A stretch of 64,000 nucleotides of DNA from an uncultured virus (IMG/VR IMGVR_UViG_3300031687_001200) (Duplodnaviria > Heunggongvirae > Uroviricota > Caudoviricetes), in the IMG/VR virus record IMGVR_UViG_3300031687_001200; one strand, 5' to 3'. Made by a program: the position numbers and the translations under genes. Below the pieces are notes generated by a model that saw nothing but the letters and a program-made list of their open reading frames with translations, made no database searches and was not told the DNA's origin. Below are positions 50,020 through 58,867 of the stretch, one piece after another. Each line of letters starts with the position of its first letter. Position 1 is the first letter of the stretch.

Positions 50020-50546
50020 CGACAGTAGAAGGCAGAGATAACTTTGGAGAAGATCCTAAGTTTTTTATAGGTATTGAAGTAGAGCGTACTCCGTTGTATG
50101 GTAAGAAAACATTGTTTGTTATTGGCAAACAGAACTCTAAAGAGATATTACAGCGGTGCTTAGACAACGGCATTGACCATGCGTACTTAGGTTGTGCTGA
50201 CTCTTTCCAACCCGGCGAGGATGCAGACCAATGGGATCAGTGGGATCATATAATTTCAGAGCTAATAAAAGCAGACATTTGGATAACACTAGACTTTGAT
50301 AGTGGCTATGCTAATTATGAATGGTTTCATGATAACGGTTGGACAGACTATAACAAGTTTATACCTATGATTGCTGTTAGGTTACCTAACATTAAACTGT
50401 TTAACTATAACACAACTGTCAAACTAGACGACAGTTCCTTTAAAGGAACTAACACAGGTGTTTGGTGTCATCAGTTGCATGACTTGATGGATAGATCCAA
50501 ATACACCGATTGGTCCGACTATGTTGGAGACGAAGTAATTGATTAA
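50016..50546 (+). CDS. hypothetical protein in the DNA-modification operon
   Basis: 176 aa; GIEVE.TP, HAYLG, KLDD..F..TN.GVWCH, W.DY..D. Confidence 0.75.
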   Translation: MTTVEGRDNFGEDPKFFIGIEVERTPLYGKKTLFVIGKQNSKEILQRCLDNGIDHAYLGCADSFQPGEDADQWDQWDHIISELIKADIWITLDFDSGYANYEWFHDNGWTDYNKFIPMIAVRLPNIKLFNYNTTVKLDDSSFKGTNTGVWCHQLHDLMDRSKYTDWSDYVGDEVID

Positions 50547-50562
50547 TTACCAAAAAAAATGG

Positions 50563-50591
50563 TTGACATGTGCCAGTAAAGAACATATAAT
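50563..50591 (+). promoter_or_regulatory. sigma70-like promoter
   Basis: TTGACA-17 nt-TATAAT with an A-tract upstream. Confidence 0.75.
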
Positions 50592-50612
50592 ATATATTAA
50601 TGTGAAGAACTT

Positions 50613-50825
50613 ATGAAGATAAAATTTGAAATAGAACTAGATACGAATGACGATGCTGACATTGGACATGAACTCATGGACCTTGTTACTGCATTTAAGG
50701 CAAAGCTAGAAGACTTTAACCAACAAGACTTGGACGAAGAGATGGAAGAATACGAAGAAGAAATCGTAGCAGAGAATCCTAAGCCCAAGAGAAGTAGATA
50801 TAAAGGAAGGAGACGAAACAGTTGA
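50613..50825 (+). CDS. small acidic/basic hypothetical protein
   Basis: 70 aa directly downstream of a promoter. Confidence 0.6.
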   Translation: MKIKFEIELDTNDDADIGHELMDLVTAFKAKLEDFNQQDLDEEMEEYEEEIVAENPKPKRSRYKGRRRNS

Positions 50826-51028
50826 TATTAGATTTTGTAATAATTGTTATAGGTATATCAGTAGGTTTAGCCTCTGGTTATATGCTATGGGAATCAAGTG
50901 TAATGTTAACAGAGCGTAATAAATTGAGAAAGTTTACAGGCAAGTATTACGACTTTGAGATTACAGAAGCATTGGACAAAATGAACATCACTAGACAACA
51001 GGCTCTGGACGAGCTAAAGGACAAGTAA
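50822..51028 (+). CDS. small membrane protein
   Basis: N-terminal TM helix; overlaps both neighbours. Confidence 0.55.
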   Translation: MILDFVIIVIGISVGLASGYMLWESSVMLTERNKLRKFTGKYYDFEITEALDKMNITRQQALDELKDK

Positions 51029-51714
51029 TGACTAAATTCGATAAAAACTTCCACATCAACTTTAGCCCACTATATATTGTAGCGGCTATTATGGTGTTTA
51101 TGCTATGGGCTCAAGAAGCCAATGCAGACACTAGCATTAGTGGAGGCGGAGACTTTTTTAATGTAGATGAAGATGTACAGATTAACTTAGACTTCGACCA
51201 TAGAAAAGATTTAGAGAACGGTTGGCAGTACACAATTGAAGCAGACTTTTATACAAGTTATGCAGACAGTGACAAGCGTCAACAAAGTTTGTATACTAAC
51301 TGGAAGCTCAACAAAGACATCAACGAAAAGATGTATGTACTTGCAGTATTACAAACAGATGCTGATAAGTTTAGAGACTACTCACTAAGAACAGTAGCAG
51401 GACTTGGGTACGGATACAAATTATTTAAGAACGACAAGTGGAAGATTAGTACAGAGTCATCATTGGCATATTTGAAAGCTATGGATACTGAACTGATTCT
51501 ACGAACTAGTGTGTGGATAGAATGGAAGCCCACAGCAAATTTAACATTAACTAATAAAATACTACACGAAAACAGTGATGAGTATTACTTGAGAATGGAA
51601 CAAGAACTTAGTTATGCGATTACAGAAAGATTTAGTATTGGTTTAGCAAACGAATACACACAGGATTACGAAGATGAAAGCATCTTCATGTTTAACTTTA
51701 AGGTGAAACTTTGA
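51028..51714 (+). CDS. outer-membrane beta-barrel protein (DUF481/YdiY-like)
   Basis: Signal peptide ending ANA; alternating amphipathic strands; DKFRDY..R...GLGYGYKL motif. Confidence 0.7.
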   Translation: MTKFDKNFHINFSPLYIVAAIMVFMLWAQEANADTSISGGGDFFNVDEDVQINLDFDHRKDLENGWQYTIEADFYTSYADSDKRQQSLYTNWKLNKDINEKMYVLAVLQTDADKFRDYSLRTVAGLGYGYKLFKNDKWKISTESSLAYLKAMDTELILRTSVWIEWKPTANLTLTNKILHENSDEYYLRMEQELSYAITERFSIGLANEYTQDYEDESIFMFNFKVKL

Positions 51715-51792
51715 GTAAGGCAAGTAATATTTTGAAGGAATTACCTTTAGAATTAATAACCGAAGGTAAGACTTCACAAAGAGAGAAATAAA

Positions 51793-51990
51793 ATGGCAAA
51801 TGGAACAGTAAAATGGTTTAATACATCTAAAGGTTTTGGATTTATTACGCCTGACGACGGTGGAAAAGATGTGTTCGCACATTTTTCAGCTATAAAAACA
51901 GACGGGTATGCTTCACTTGATGAGAATCAAAAAGTATCATACGATGTCGAAGATGGACCGAAAGGCCCACAAGCAACTAATATTGTATAA
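51793..51990 (+). CDS. cspA: cold-shock protein
   Basis: [29 protein letters not shown]. Confidence 0.95.
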   Translation: MANGTVKWFNTSKGFGFITPDDGGKDVFAHFSAIKTDGYASLDENQKVSYDVEDGPKGPQATNIV

Positions 51991-51999
51991 GGAATATTG

Positions 52000-52470
52000 A
52001 TGAGAAGTATTTGGGTAACATTTACGAAGGAAGGAATTCACAAGTATCCTGGAGCAGACACGGATCCTAAACTCGCTACTGGCGGTTGGGACGATGTATC
52101 TTTTCTAGGTTATCCTCACAGACATACTTTTTACTTTAGAGTTTGGATAGAAATATTCCATAACGATAGAGACATTGAATTTATACAGTTTAAACGCTGG
52201 CTAGAAAGGTTGTATAGCGGAGACGTTATACAACTGGACTTTAAGTCATGCGAAATGATTGCAGATGAATTAGCGACAGAGATACAAGTAAAGTATCCTA
52301 ATCGTGATATAAAGATTTCAGTAGCCGAAGATAATGAAAACGGGTGCGAGATAGATTATCCATACAGTGATGTTCCGGTAACGGATAGAGCTGAGGGTAG
52401 TTGGTATGAGGGTGGTAACCCTTATAAGGACGACAGTCAAGCAACTTATGTTAAGGGACTTGATGATTAA
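52000..52470 (+). CDS. QueD-like T-fold protein, DpdL-like
   Basis: EGIHKYP, LGYPHRHTF (LxxxHRHxF), DRDIEFIQFK, SCEMIA, EDNENG. Confidence 0.7.
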   Translation: MRSIWVTFTKEGIHKYPGADTDPKLATGGWDDVSFLGYPHRHTFYFRVWIEIFHNDRDIEFIQFKRWLERLYSGDVIQLDFKSCEMIADELATEIQVKYPNRDIKISVAEDNENGCEIDYPYSDVPVTDRAEGSWYEGGNPYKDDSQATYVKGLDD

Positions 52471-52494
52471 TAAACAATTCTTAAGGAGAATATT

Positions 52495-52668
52495 ATGGAA
52501 GCACATTTAAAAATGAAAGCGGCATTCGAGACATACATCGAAGAAAGCGAGAAGTTCGAAGGTGGCAACAAAGCCGCAGGTACTAGAGCTAGAAAGGCAT
52601 TGATGGATATCAAAAACCTTGCTGGTGATAGAAGAAAAGAAATCCAAGAAAGCAAAAACGCTGGATAA
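52495..52668 (+). CDS. histone H1-like Hc1-family small protein (57 aa, not in ORF track)
   Basis: Manual translation ...EKFEGGNKAAGTRARKALMDIKNLA..RRKEIQE; AAGGAG SD. Confidence 0.75.
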   Translation: MEAHLKMKAAFETYIEESEKFEGGNKAAGTRARKALMDIKNLAGDRRKEIQESKNAG

Positions 52669-52671
52669 ATT

Positions 52672-53877
52672 ATGATTTATATTGTTGAGCTAGAACCTGT
52701 TGAAACACGCTACACCGCTCAGTGGAAGACGTGGTTGCCTAGGCAAATGAAAGACTCAGGACTGGAAGTTAAAGTTATACAAGGGCCGAGTGATGCACCG
52801 CAGGATACAACTCCTGGGGCATTCTTAAACTTTAGCGGAACTAACTATTGGAAGAGCGAACAGTTAAAGACTATTAGTCAAATGTTTGCGGATGGTACAG
52901 TACAAGATGGAGATTACTTCCTCTATACTGATGCTTGGAATCCAACTGTGTTACAACTAAAATATATGTCAGAGTTATTAGGTGTTAAAGTTAAAATTGG
53001 TGGCATGTGGCATGCAGGATCTTATGACCCAGCGGACTTTTTAGGTAGACTAATTGGTGATGCGCCTTGGGTAAGGCTTGCGGAAGAAAGTATGTTCAAT
53101 GTATTTGATCATAACTTCTTTGCTACAGATTTCCATATCGACTTATTCATGCAGTCATTCCCGAATGTGGATACTAATAAGATTCACAGGGTGGGATGGC
53201 CCATGGAGTACTTGGAGCATTTACTTGCTGAGTACAATATACCTACAAGTAAAAACGATATAGTATTATTTCCACACAGGGTAGCACCTGAAAAGCAAGT
53301 GGAGATATTTAAAGATTTAGGCGAAGCATTTGAAGATGTAGACTTTATAGTTGCACAAGAACAAAACCTTAGTAAGGATGAGTATCATAGTTTACTCATG
53401 CGTAGTAAGATAGTGTTCAGTGCTAACACACAAGAAACATTAGGTATCAGTTGCTTTGAAGGAGCATTGGTTGGTGCGACACCATTGGTCCCGGACAGAT
53501 TAAGTTATACAGAAATGTATGATGACAAGTTTAAGTACCCAAGCGAATGGACAGAGAGTTGGGATAGTTACTTAACGCACAAGGACAAGTTGATTGATAA
53601 GATTCGAGGCATGTTAGCATTTAATTGGCTTATGTCAGACGATAACGAACAGTTAGCAGAACAGTTAAAAAACGACTTCTTCAGTGGTAAAGCATTGTAT
53701 GAAGTAATTGGCGATAGTAAATCTAAGAGCCTTTCAAGAAGAGATCAAAAGTTAGAACTTGAGTACGCTGAAGTTAATCAATCTAAGGGTCTTTCAAGGA
53801 GAGAGCAAGTTTTACTAGACCCGCTTAGTGCGAGTTTAAGAAGTGATGGCGGTTTCGATCGCTCAGAAACGGAATAA
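52672..53877 (+). CDS. GT-B glycosyltransferase (GT4-like)
   Basis: FPHRVAPEK, SKIVFS, QETLGISCFE (E-x7-E), PLVPD. Confidence 0.8.
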   Translation: MIYIVELEPVETRYTAQWKTWLPRQMKDSGLEVKVIQGPSDAPQDTTPGAFLNFSGTNYWKSEQLKTISQMFADGTVQDGDYFLYTDAWNPTVLQLKYMSELLGVKVKIGGMWHAGSYDPADFLGRLIGDAPWVRLAEESMFNVFDHNFFATDFHIDLFMQSFPNVDTNKIHRVGWPMEYLEHLLAEYNIPTSKNDIVLFPHRVAPEKQVEIFKDLGEAFEDVDFIVAQEQNLSKDEYHSLLMRSKIVFSANTQETLGISCFEGALVGATPLVPDRLSYTEMYDDKFKYPSEWTESWDSYLTHKDKLIDKIRGMLAFNWLMSDDNEQLAEQLKNDFFSGKALYEVIGDSKSKSLSRRDQKLELEYAEVNQSKGLSRREQVLLDPLSASLRSDGGFDRSETE

Positions 53878-53890
53878 GAAGGAGATAGCA

Positions 53891-54877
53891 ATGAATAATG
53901 ATGAGAAAGCAATTGTAGTAACAGGTGGCAGTGGATTTATAGGCAGTAATGTCTGCGAACTGCTAGTTGCTAGTGGATATAATGTATTTAATATTGATAG
54001 ACGTAAACGTGATATACCAGGCGTAGTCCAGTATCCGTTCGAGATTAATACAAAACAAGTTAAAGGTGTAATAGATATTATTCAGCCTGAATGTGTTATC
54101 CATATTGCGGCAAACAACAGCGTACCTAACAGTGTAATTAATCCTAAGGATACATATCACGACAACGTAGAGCAGACTATTAGTTTACTAAACGTATGTG
54201 TTGAAGCTGGCGTAAAGAACTTTATGTTTGCATCAAGCAGTAGTGTATATGGACACAGCATTCATGAAGACGGGTCCTATAAAGAAACAGACCCAATGTT
54301 TCCAATCAATCCATATGGAAGAACAAAGCAGATATGTGAACAAATAATTAAAGACTACTGTGATGTTTATGATATGAACTACAGCATTCTAAGATTGTTT
54401 AACGTAGCTGGAAGTAATGCAGGCAAGAACGGATATCAAAAGACTCCGTATGTACATGTACTACCTATCATAGTAGAGAAGGCATTAACAAACGAAGTGT
54501 TTGATATATGTGGTGACGACTATGACACACCAGATGGAACATGTTTAAGAGACTATACTCACATCAACGATATTGCTAGAGGTTTTCTTTTAGCACTACA
54601 TCAAATGTTTGATAATGGTATTAATAACACATACAACTTAGGTAACAGCACACCAGTTAGTGTACTAGAGCTAATTAAAGCAGTAGAAACTGAACTAGGC
54701 GAAGACATTAACACCAATTTAGTTGCTCCACGATCAGGCGACATGGTTAAGACTTATGCAGATGTAACATTTGCTAAGGACAACTTGGGTTGGGAGCCTA
54801 CAAAAACAATCAACGATATCATTGTTGATGAACTGGCTTGGCAGAAGCCAAAGCTGAAACGTAAACATAATTTATAA
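53891..54877 (+). CDS. galE: NDP-sugar 4-epimerase (GalE-like)
   Basis: VTGGSGFIGS, SSSSVYG, PYGRTK, LRLFNVAG, DGTCLRDYTHI; AAGGAG SD before ATG 53891. Confidence 0.88.
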   Translation: MNNDEKAIVVTGGSGFIGSNVCELLVASGYNVFNIDRRKRDIPGVVQYPFEINTKQVKGVIDIIQPECVIHIAANNSVPNSVINPKDTYHDNVEQTISLLNVCVEAGVKNFMFASSSSVYGHSIHEDGSYKETDPMFPINPYGRTKQICEQIIKDYCDVYDMNYSILRLFNVAGSNAGKNGYQKTPYVHVLPIIVEKALTNEVFDICGDDYDTPDGTCLRDYTHINDIARGFLLALHQMFDNGINNTYNLGNSTPVSVLELIKAVETELGEDINTNLVAPRSGDMVKTYADVTFAKDNLGWEPTKTINDIIVDELAWQKPKLKRKHNL

Positions 54878-54886
54878 GGAACCATT

Positions 54887-55168
54887 ATGCAACCATTACA
54901 CGATAAACTATTAGTGAAGCGTAAAACTAGCATGACTAAAACGTCAGGCGGTATTATCTTAACTAGTGTTGCTAAAGACAAGCCAGCAGAAGGCGAAGTC
55001 ATAGCAGTAGGTCCAGGAAAGAAAAGTAAGTTAGATATTGTTATCCCACTTGAATGTCAAGTCGGTGACTATATTATGTTTGGCCCAAACAACGGCGACA
55101 AGATTGAAATTGATGGAGAGGAGTTTATTATCCTATCCGAGTCTGATGTGTTTGGTATAGTTGAGTAA
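54887..55168 (+). CDS. groES: co-chaperonin GroES
   Basis: PLHDKLLV, KTSGGIIL, GEVIAVGPG, VGD, ILSESDV. Confidence 0.92.
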   Translation: MQPLHDKLLVKRKTSMTKTSGGIILTSVAKDKPAEGEVIAVGPGKKSKLDIVIPLECQVGDYIMFGPNNGDKIEIDGEEFIILSESDVFGIVE

Positions 55169-55169
55169 C

Positions 55170-55628
55170 ATGAAGTACTACCACACCTGGGAAGAATTTA
55201 ACAGCAACGTTGCAACAATATGCCGGGCAATGGCAGTAGATAAGTATAAGCCCGATGTTATATTAGGACCTGGAAGAGGCGGTTACCCAATGGGAGTAAT
55301 GCTCAGTCATTACTGGAATATACCGTTTGAAGGCTTCCAATTAAGTCTAAGAGATCATACAGTCGAGGATAATGGCGCACTTGAACAACTTTTGTCTAAA
55401 TACAATGGTAAGAACATATTAATATGCGATGACATTAACGATAGTGGATCAACACTCAATATAATTGATGAAAGTTGCGAAAAACTGTTGACAATGGCTC
55501 CCAGATACTGTACAATATATGATAAGTTGTCCAGTAATTTTGGTAAGAAAGTTGACTATACTGCAAAGGAAGTTACACCAGATGAAGAACAATGGATAGT
55601 ATTCCCTTACGAGGAGTGGTGGAAATGA
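55170..55628 (+). CDS. purine phosphoribosyltransferase (Gpt-like)
   Basis: RGG, ILICDDINDSGSTL PRPP-binding motif, WIVFPYE. Confidence 0.85.
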   Translation: MKYYHTWEEFNSNVATICRAMAVDKYKPDVILGPGRGGYPMGVMLSHYWNIPFEGFQLSLRDHTVEDNGALEQLLSKYNGKNILICDDINDSGSTLNIIDESCEKLLTMAPRYCTIYDKLSSNFGKKVDYTAKEVTPDEEQWIVFPYEEWWK

Positions 55629-55729
55629 TTGAATTATTAGTATGGTTTGTTTTCACATTTGCATGGGCGGCATATGGTACGCATGTAATAAGAGAGTTTA
55701 TAAAGCATAACTGGAACATATTAAAATGA
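55625..55729 (+). CDS. very small hydrophobic protein (34 aa)
   Basis: ATGA overlaps at both ends; GAGGAG SD; one TM helix. Confidence 0.4.
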   Translation: MIELLVWFVFTFAWAAYGTHVIREFIKHNWNILK

Positions 55730-55932
55730 AAAGAACAGCAGAAATAGTAAATGACAATGGCTTTGTTGTACATTTATTTAAAGAATATTTATGTGAAATA
55801 GGAATGGAAAAGGACCTGTTTGGTACTATAGATATTAGAGACAAAAGCATACACTATGCAAATGACATAGTAGAGAACTGGGCTAACGGCATATTAGGAG
55901 AGGATAATGAGTTCATTAGTAAGCCTTCGTAA
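55726..55932 (+). CDS. hypothetical phage protein
   Basis: 68 aa; KSIHYANDIVENW..G. Confidence 0.6.
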   Translation: MKRTAEIVNDNGFVVHLFKEYLCEIGMEKDLFGTIDIRDKSIHYANDIVENWANGILGEDNEFISKPS

Positions 55933-56125
55933 CCACTTAGTTACCCTAAAAACTAAACATAGGGTAATGGATAAACAAATATCCGATGATTACGACTTAC
56001 ATGTTGATGACTTTATTGTTCATGCAGAGAAGTTAGAAAAACTAGAACTTAAAAGAGAGATAGACACTCTAGAAGAAATGATTATATTATTATCCAAAGA
56101 AGAGGAACAACAAGAGAATGATTAG
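55907..56125 (+). CDS. DUF465/YdcH-like coiled-coil protein
   Basis: HL..LK.KH..MD.QI...K.EKL.LK.EI; GGAGAGG SD. Confidence 0.6.
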   Translation: MSSLVSLRNHLVTLKTKHRVMDKQISDDYDLHVDDFIVHAEKLEKLELKREIDTLEEMIILLSKEEEQQEND

Positions 56126-56807
56126 TGATACAATAAAACAACGTATCTTACAAGCCGGCGGCAAGTTTTGGGCTGGTAGTAACATTAGTGAGTACATGGA
56201 AGAAGGCGACAAACAAGCACTTATCGAAGAGCTTACACCTAAGTTTGAATCAGTACTAGAGAGTCTAGTTATTGATATTGAAAACGATCCTAACAGTATG
56301 GAAACTGGTAGACGTCTTGCTAAAATGTATATCAAAGAACTAATGGCAGGTAGGTACGAACCTATGCCTAATGCAACAGCGTTTCCTAATGTAACAGAAG
56401 ATAGATACGAAGGCATGTTGGTTGTGCGTAGCGAACTTAAAAGTGTTTGCTCACATCATCACCAGCCAGTAACAGGCGTAGCATACATTGGTATCATTGC
56501 CGCTGACACACTAATTGGTCTAAGCAAGTACACAAGGATTGCACAATGGTGTGCAAGACGTGGAACGTTACAAGAAGAACTATGTAACGACATTGCTAGA
56601 GAGATTATGGAAGCCACTGGTAGTAATGACGTAGGCGTTTATATACAAGCCACACACGGTTGTTGTGAGAATAGAGGCATTATGGCACATAGTAGTCTTA
56701 CACAGACTACAGTACTTAAAGGTTCTTTCAAAGAAGAAGCAAAGGTACAACAAGAGTTTATGGATAATATTAAACTACAGCAGTCGTTTGCTAATGGTAG
56801 AGGTTAA
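56118..56807 (+). CDS. folE: GTP cyclohydrolase I
   Basis: ETGRRLAKMY, SVCSHHHQP, IGLSKY.R, LQEEL, ATHGCCENRG. Confidence 0.93.
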   Translation: MISDTIKQRILQAGGKFWAGSNISEYMEEGDKQALIEELTPKFESVLESLVIDIENDPNSMETGRRLAKMYIKELMAGRYEPMPNATAFPNVTEDRYEGMLVVRSELKSVCSHHHQPVTGVAYIGIIAADTLIGLSKYTRIAQWCARRGTLQEELCNDIAREIMEATGSNDVGVYIQATHGCCENRGIMAHSSLTQTTVLKGSFKEEAKVQQEFMDNIKLQQSFANGRG

Positions 56808-56809
56808 GT

Positions 56810-57352
56810 ATGATAGAACGTAGGAAGAAAGGTTTTATAGTTTCAAAAGGACTCGTGCCTGTAAATGCTATATGCGAAAGTGTTGGCACAGGTAAGAGCG
56901 TAGCTGACGTATTAAAATTATATCCTACCCTTGCTATGGAAGATGTGTTTGAAGCATTAGAGTTTTATGCTCTTAATACTTCTATACCTACCAATCAAGC
57001 ATTAGAACAGTTACTTACATTAGTTAATGTAGGTGGAGAAGAGATTGTATTAGAAGTAAGCAACATTAATCAAGTAGTGTTCATTAAACTTGTAGAGCTA
57101 GGCAGACGTTATTACAGACGTACTAGCAACTTTGCTACATGTATGAACAACGGACTAAGGATTAGTTGCCTAGAGATTCTAATGCACAAAGAAGCAGACT
57201 TAGATTTAGAAAACGATTTGTTTGAGTTAGTTGAGATTGCACTAACAGATAGTGTGCCAGCAATATTTGAACAGAACGAACAGACAAAAGAAGATTTAGA
57301 TTACGACGAATATATAGTAACGAAGGAAAAACATGACTCTAAAATACAGTGA
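56810..57352 (+). CDS. protein with an N-terminal DUF433-like HTH
   Basis: PV..I...G.S..DVLK.YPTL..EDV.EALEFY. Confidence 0.55.
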   Translation: MIERRKKGFIVSKGLVPVNAICESVGTGKSVADVLKLYPTLAMEDVFEALEFYALNTSIPTNQALEQLLTLVNVGGEEIVLEVSNINQVVFIKLVELGRRYYRRTSNFATCMNNGLRISCLEILMHKEADLDLENDLFELVEIALTDSVPAIFEQNEQTKEDLDYDEYIVTKEKHDSKIQ

Positions 57353-58253
57353 AACGTTTTACTCAGCCCAAGGCGAAGGCTCCTATGTAGGCATTCCTAG
57401 TTTATGGATGCGATTCTTCTTGTGTAATCTTCAGTGCAATGGCTTTGGACAAACAGATCCAACTGACCCTAGCACCTATGAGTTACCGTACGAAACAATT
57501 GATTTAACAAACATCGACAACGTGTTTGATTTGCCAGTTTTTGATAAGGGTTGTGACAGTAGTTACACTTGGAGCAAACGCTTCAAGCACCTTATTGCCG
57601 ATAAGACGGTAGAGGAGGCTGTAGACGAACTACAGGCTCACCTACCGCACGGTAACTTTATACATCCTGTAACACTAAACAGAACACACATGGTATTTAC
57701 AGGAGGCGAGCCTATGATTAAGAAGTCGCAACCTGGTATGATTAGTGTGTTAGAAGAGTTTGCTAAACGTAAGATGAACAACACTCACGTTACAGTAGAA
57801 ACAAATGGTACTAGAGCAGTAACACCAGACTTAGAAGAGTTTATAGATAAAAGATTTTATGCTACAGACGAGTACGGTGGAATTATTCCAGACGCATTAG
57901 GTACGCCAGAGTGGTTCTGGAGTGTAAGTCCTAAGTTATGGAGTACTGCTGGAGAGAAACATAGTAAAGCAATATGCCCAGAGATAGTAGGCAAGTATGC
58001 AGAAGTTAGTAATCACGGACAACTAAAGTTCGTAGTAAATGGCTCTGAAGAGAGTTGGAGAGAAGTAGAAGAGAATACTAAATTATTTAGAGATGCAGGA
58101 TGTAATTTTCCTGTGTGGATTATGGGCGTAGGTGGAACGTTCGAAGGGCTAATCCAAACAGAAGCCACCATAGCCGATGAAGCAATACAACGTGGCTACA
58201 ACTATACAAGCAGAGTTCATGTACACATATATGGAAATGCAATAGGAAAATAA
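57333..58253 (+). CDS. queE: 7-carboxy-7-deazaguanine synthase (radical SAM)
   Basis: SETFYSAQGEG..G.P, CNLQC...CDS, FTGGEP, VETNGT, SVSPK, LKFVV, RVH. Confidence 0.88.
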   Translation: MTLKYSETFYSAQGEGSYVGIPSLWMRFFLCNLQCNGFGQTDPTDPSTYELPYETIDLTNIDNVFDLPVFDKGCDSSYTWSKRFKHLIADKTVEEAVDELQAHLPHGNFIHPVTLNRTHMVFTGGEPMIKKSQPGMISVLEEFAKRKMNNTHVTVETNGTRAVTPDLEEFIDKRFYATDEYGGIIPDALGTPEWFWSVSPKLWSTAGEKHSKAICPEIVGKYAEVSNHGQLKFVVNGSEESWREVEENTKLFRDAGCNFPVWIMGVGGTFEGLIQTEATIADEAIQRGYNYTSRVHVHIYGNAIGK

Positions 58254-58254
58254 T

Positions 58255-58740
58255 ATGAATATTATTAAAAAGATTAAAGCAGAACGTCCTTGGTCAAGTA
58301 CCAGTGAATACTTTACTTGGTTTCATTGGACATTGTTTTCAATACTGTGGTGTACATTATTGTTTTCAGTTGAAGCAAGAGCAGATCAATGGTTTGTTGA
58401 TGGCACTGGAGTAACTGAAGGTAAAACATATCATGGACACACAGTAGAAACAACACCGCCGGCATTGTTTACTTCAGCTATTATCGGAGCAGACAAGATA
58501 GGCAAGGATACTATTAGAGTTAAGATGAACGATGGTAGAAGTTATGATGCAGTCATGCTAGGCTGTTGGAATCTACAATCGGCACATGGATATATATTTG
58601 GAAAGAACTGGGAGATGGATGCAATATTTGATCAACTAATGCCAGGCTTACCAGTATATCTATTAATAGGTAATAATGTCGAACATAACCCGGGCTGTGT
58701 TATTACAAAGATTATACCAGTAATGATAGTAAATGAATAA
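58255..58740 (+). CDS. putative exported/membrane-anchored protein
   Basis: Hydrophobic segment ending EARA, then a beta-rich domain with two Cys. Confidence 0.6.
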   Translation: MNIIKKIKAERPWSSTSEYFTWFHWTLFSILWCTLLFSVEARADQWFVDGTGVTEGKTYHGHTVETTPPALFTSAIIGADKIGKDTIRVKMNDGRSYDAVMLGCWNLQSAHGYIFGKNWEMDAIFDQLMPGLPVYLLIGNNVEHNPGCVITKIIPVMIVNE

Positions 58741-58867
58741 GTGTAGTGAGTGCGGAGTGATATATTTTACATCTCCATACCACACACATGACATGCAACA
58801 CATATTTTGTGGAGCAGAGTGCAGTTTAAAATGGCACGATAAACAGGAGAAAGATGATGGCGAATAA
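58733..58867 (+). CDS. small zinc-finger protein (44 aa, not in ORF track)
   Basis: MNKCSECG...IFCGAECS (CxxC...FCxxxC). Confidence 0.5.
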   Translation: MNKCSECGVIYFTSPYHTHDMQHIFCGAECSLKWHDKQEKDDGE

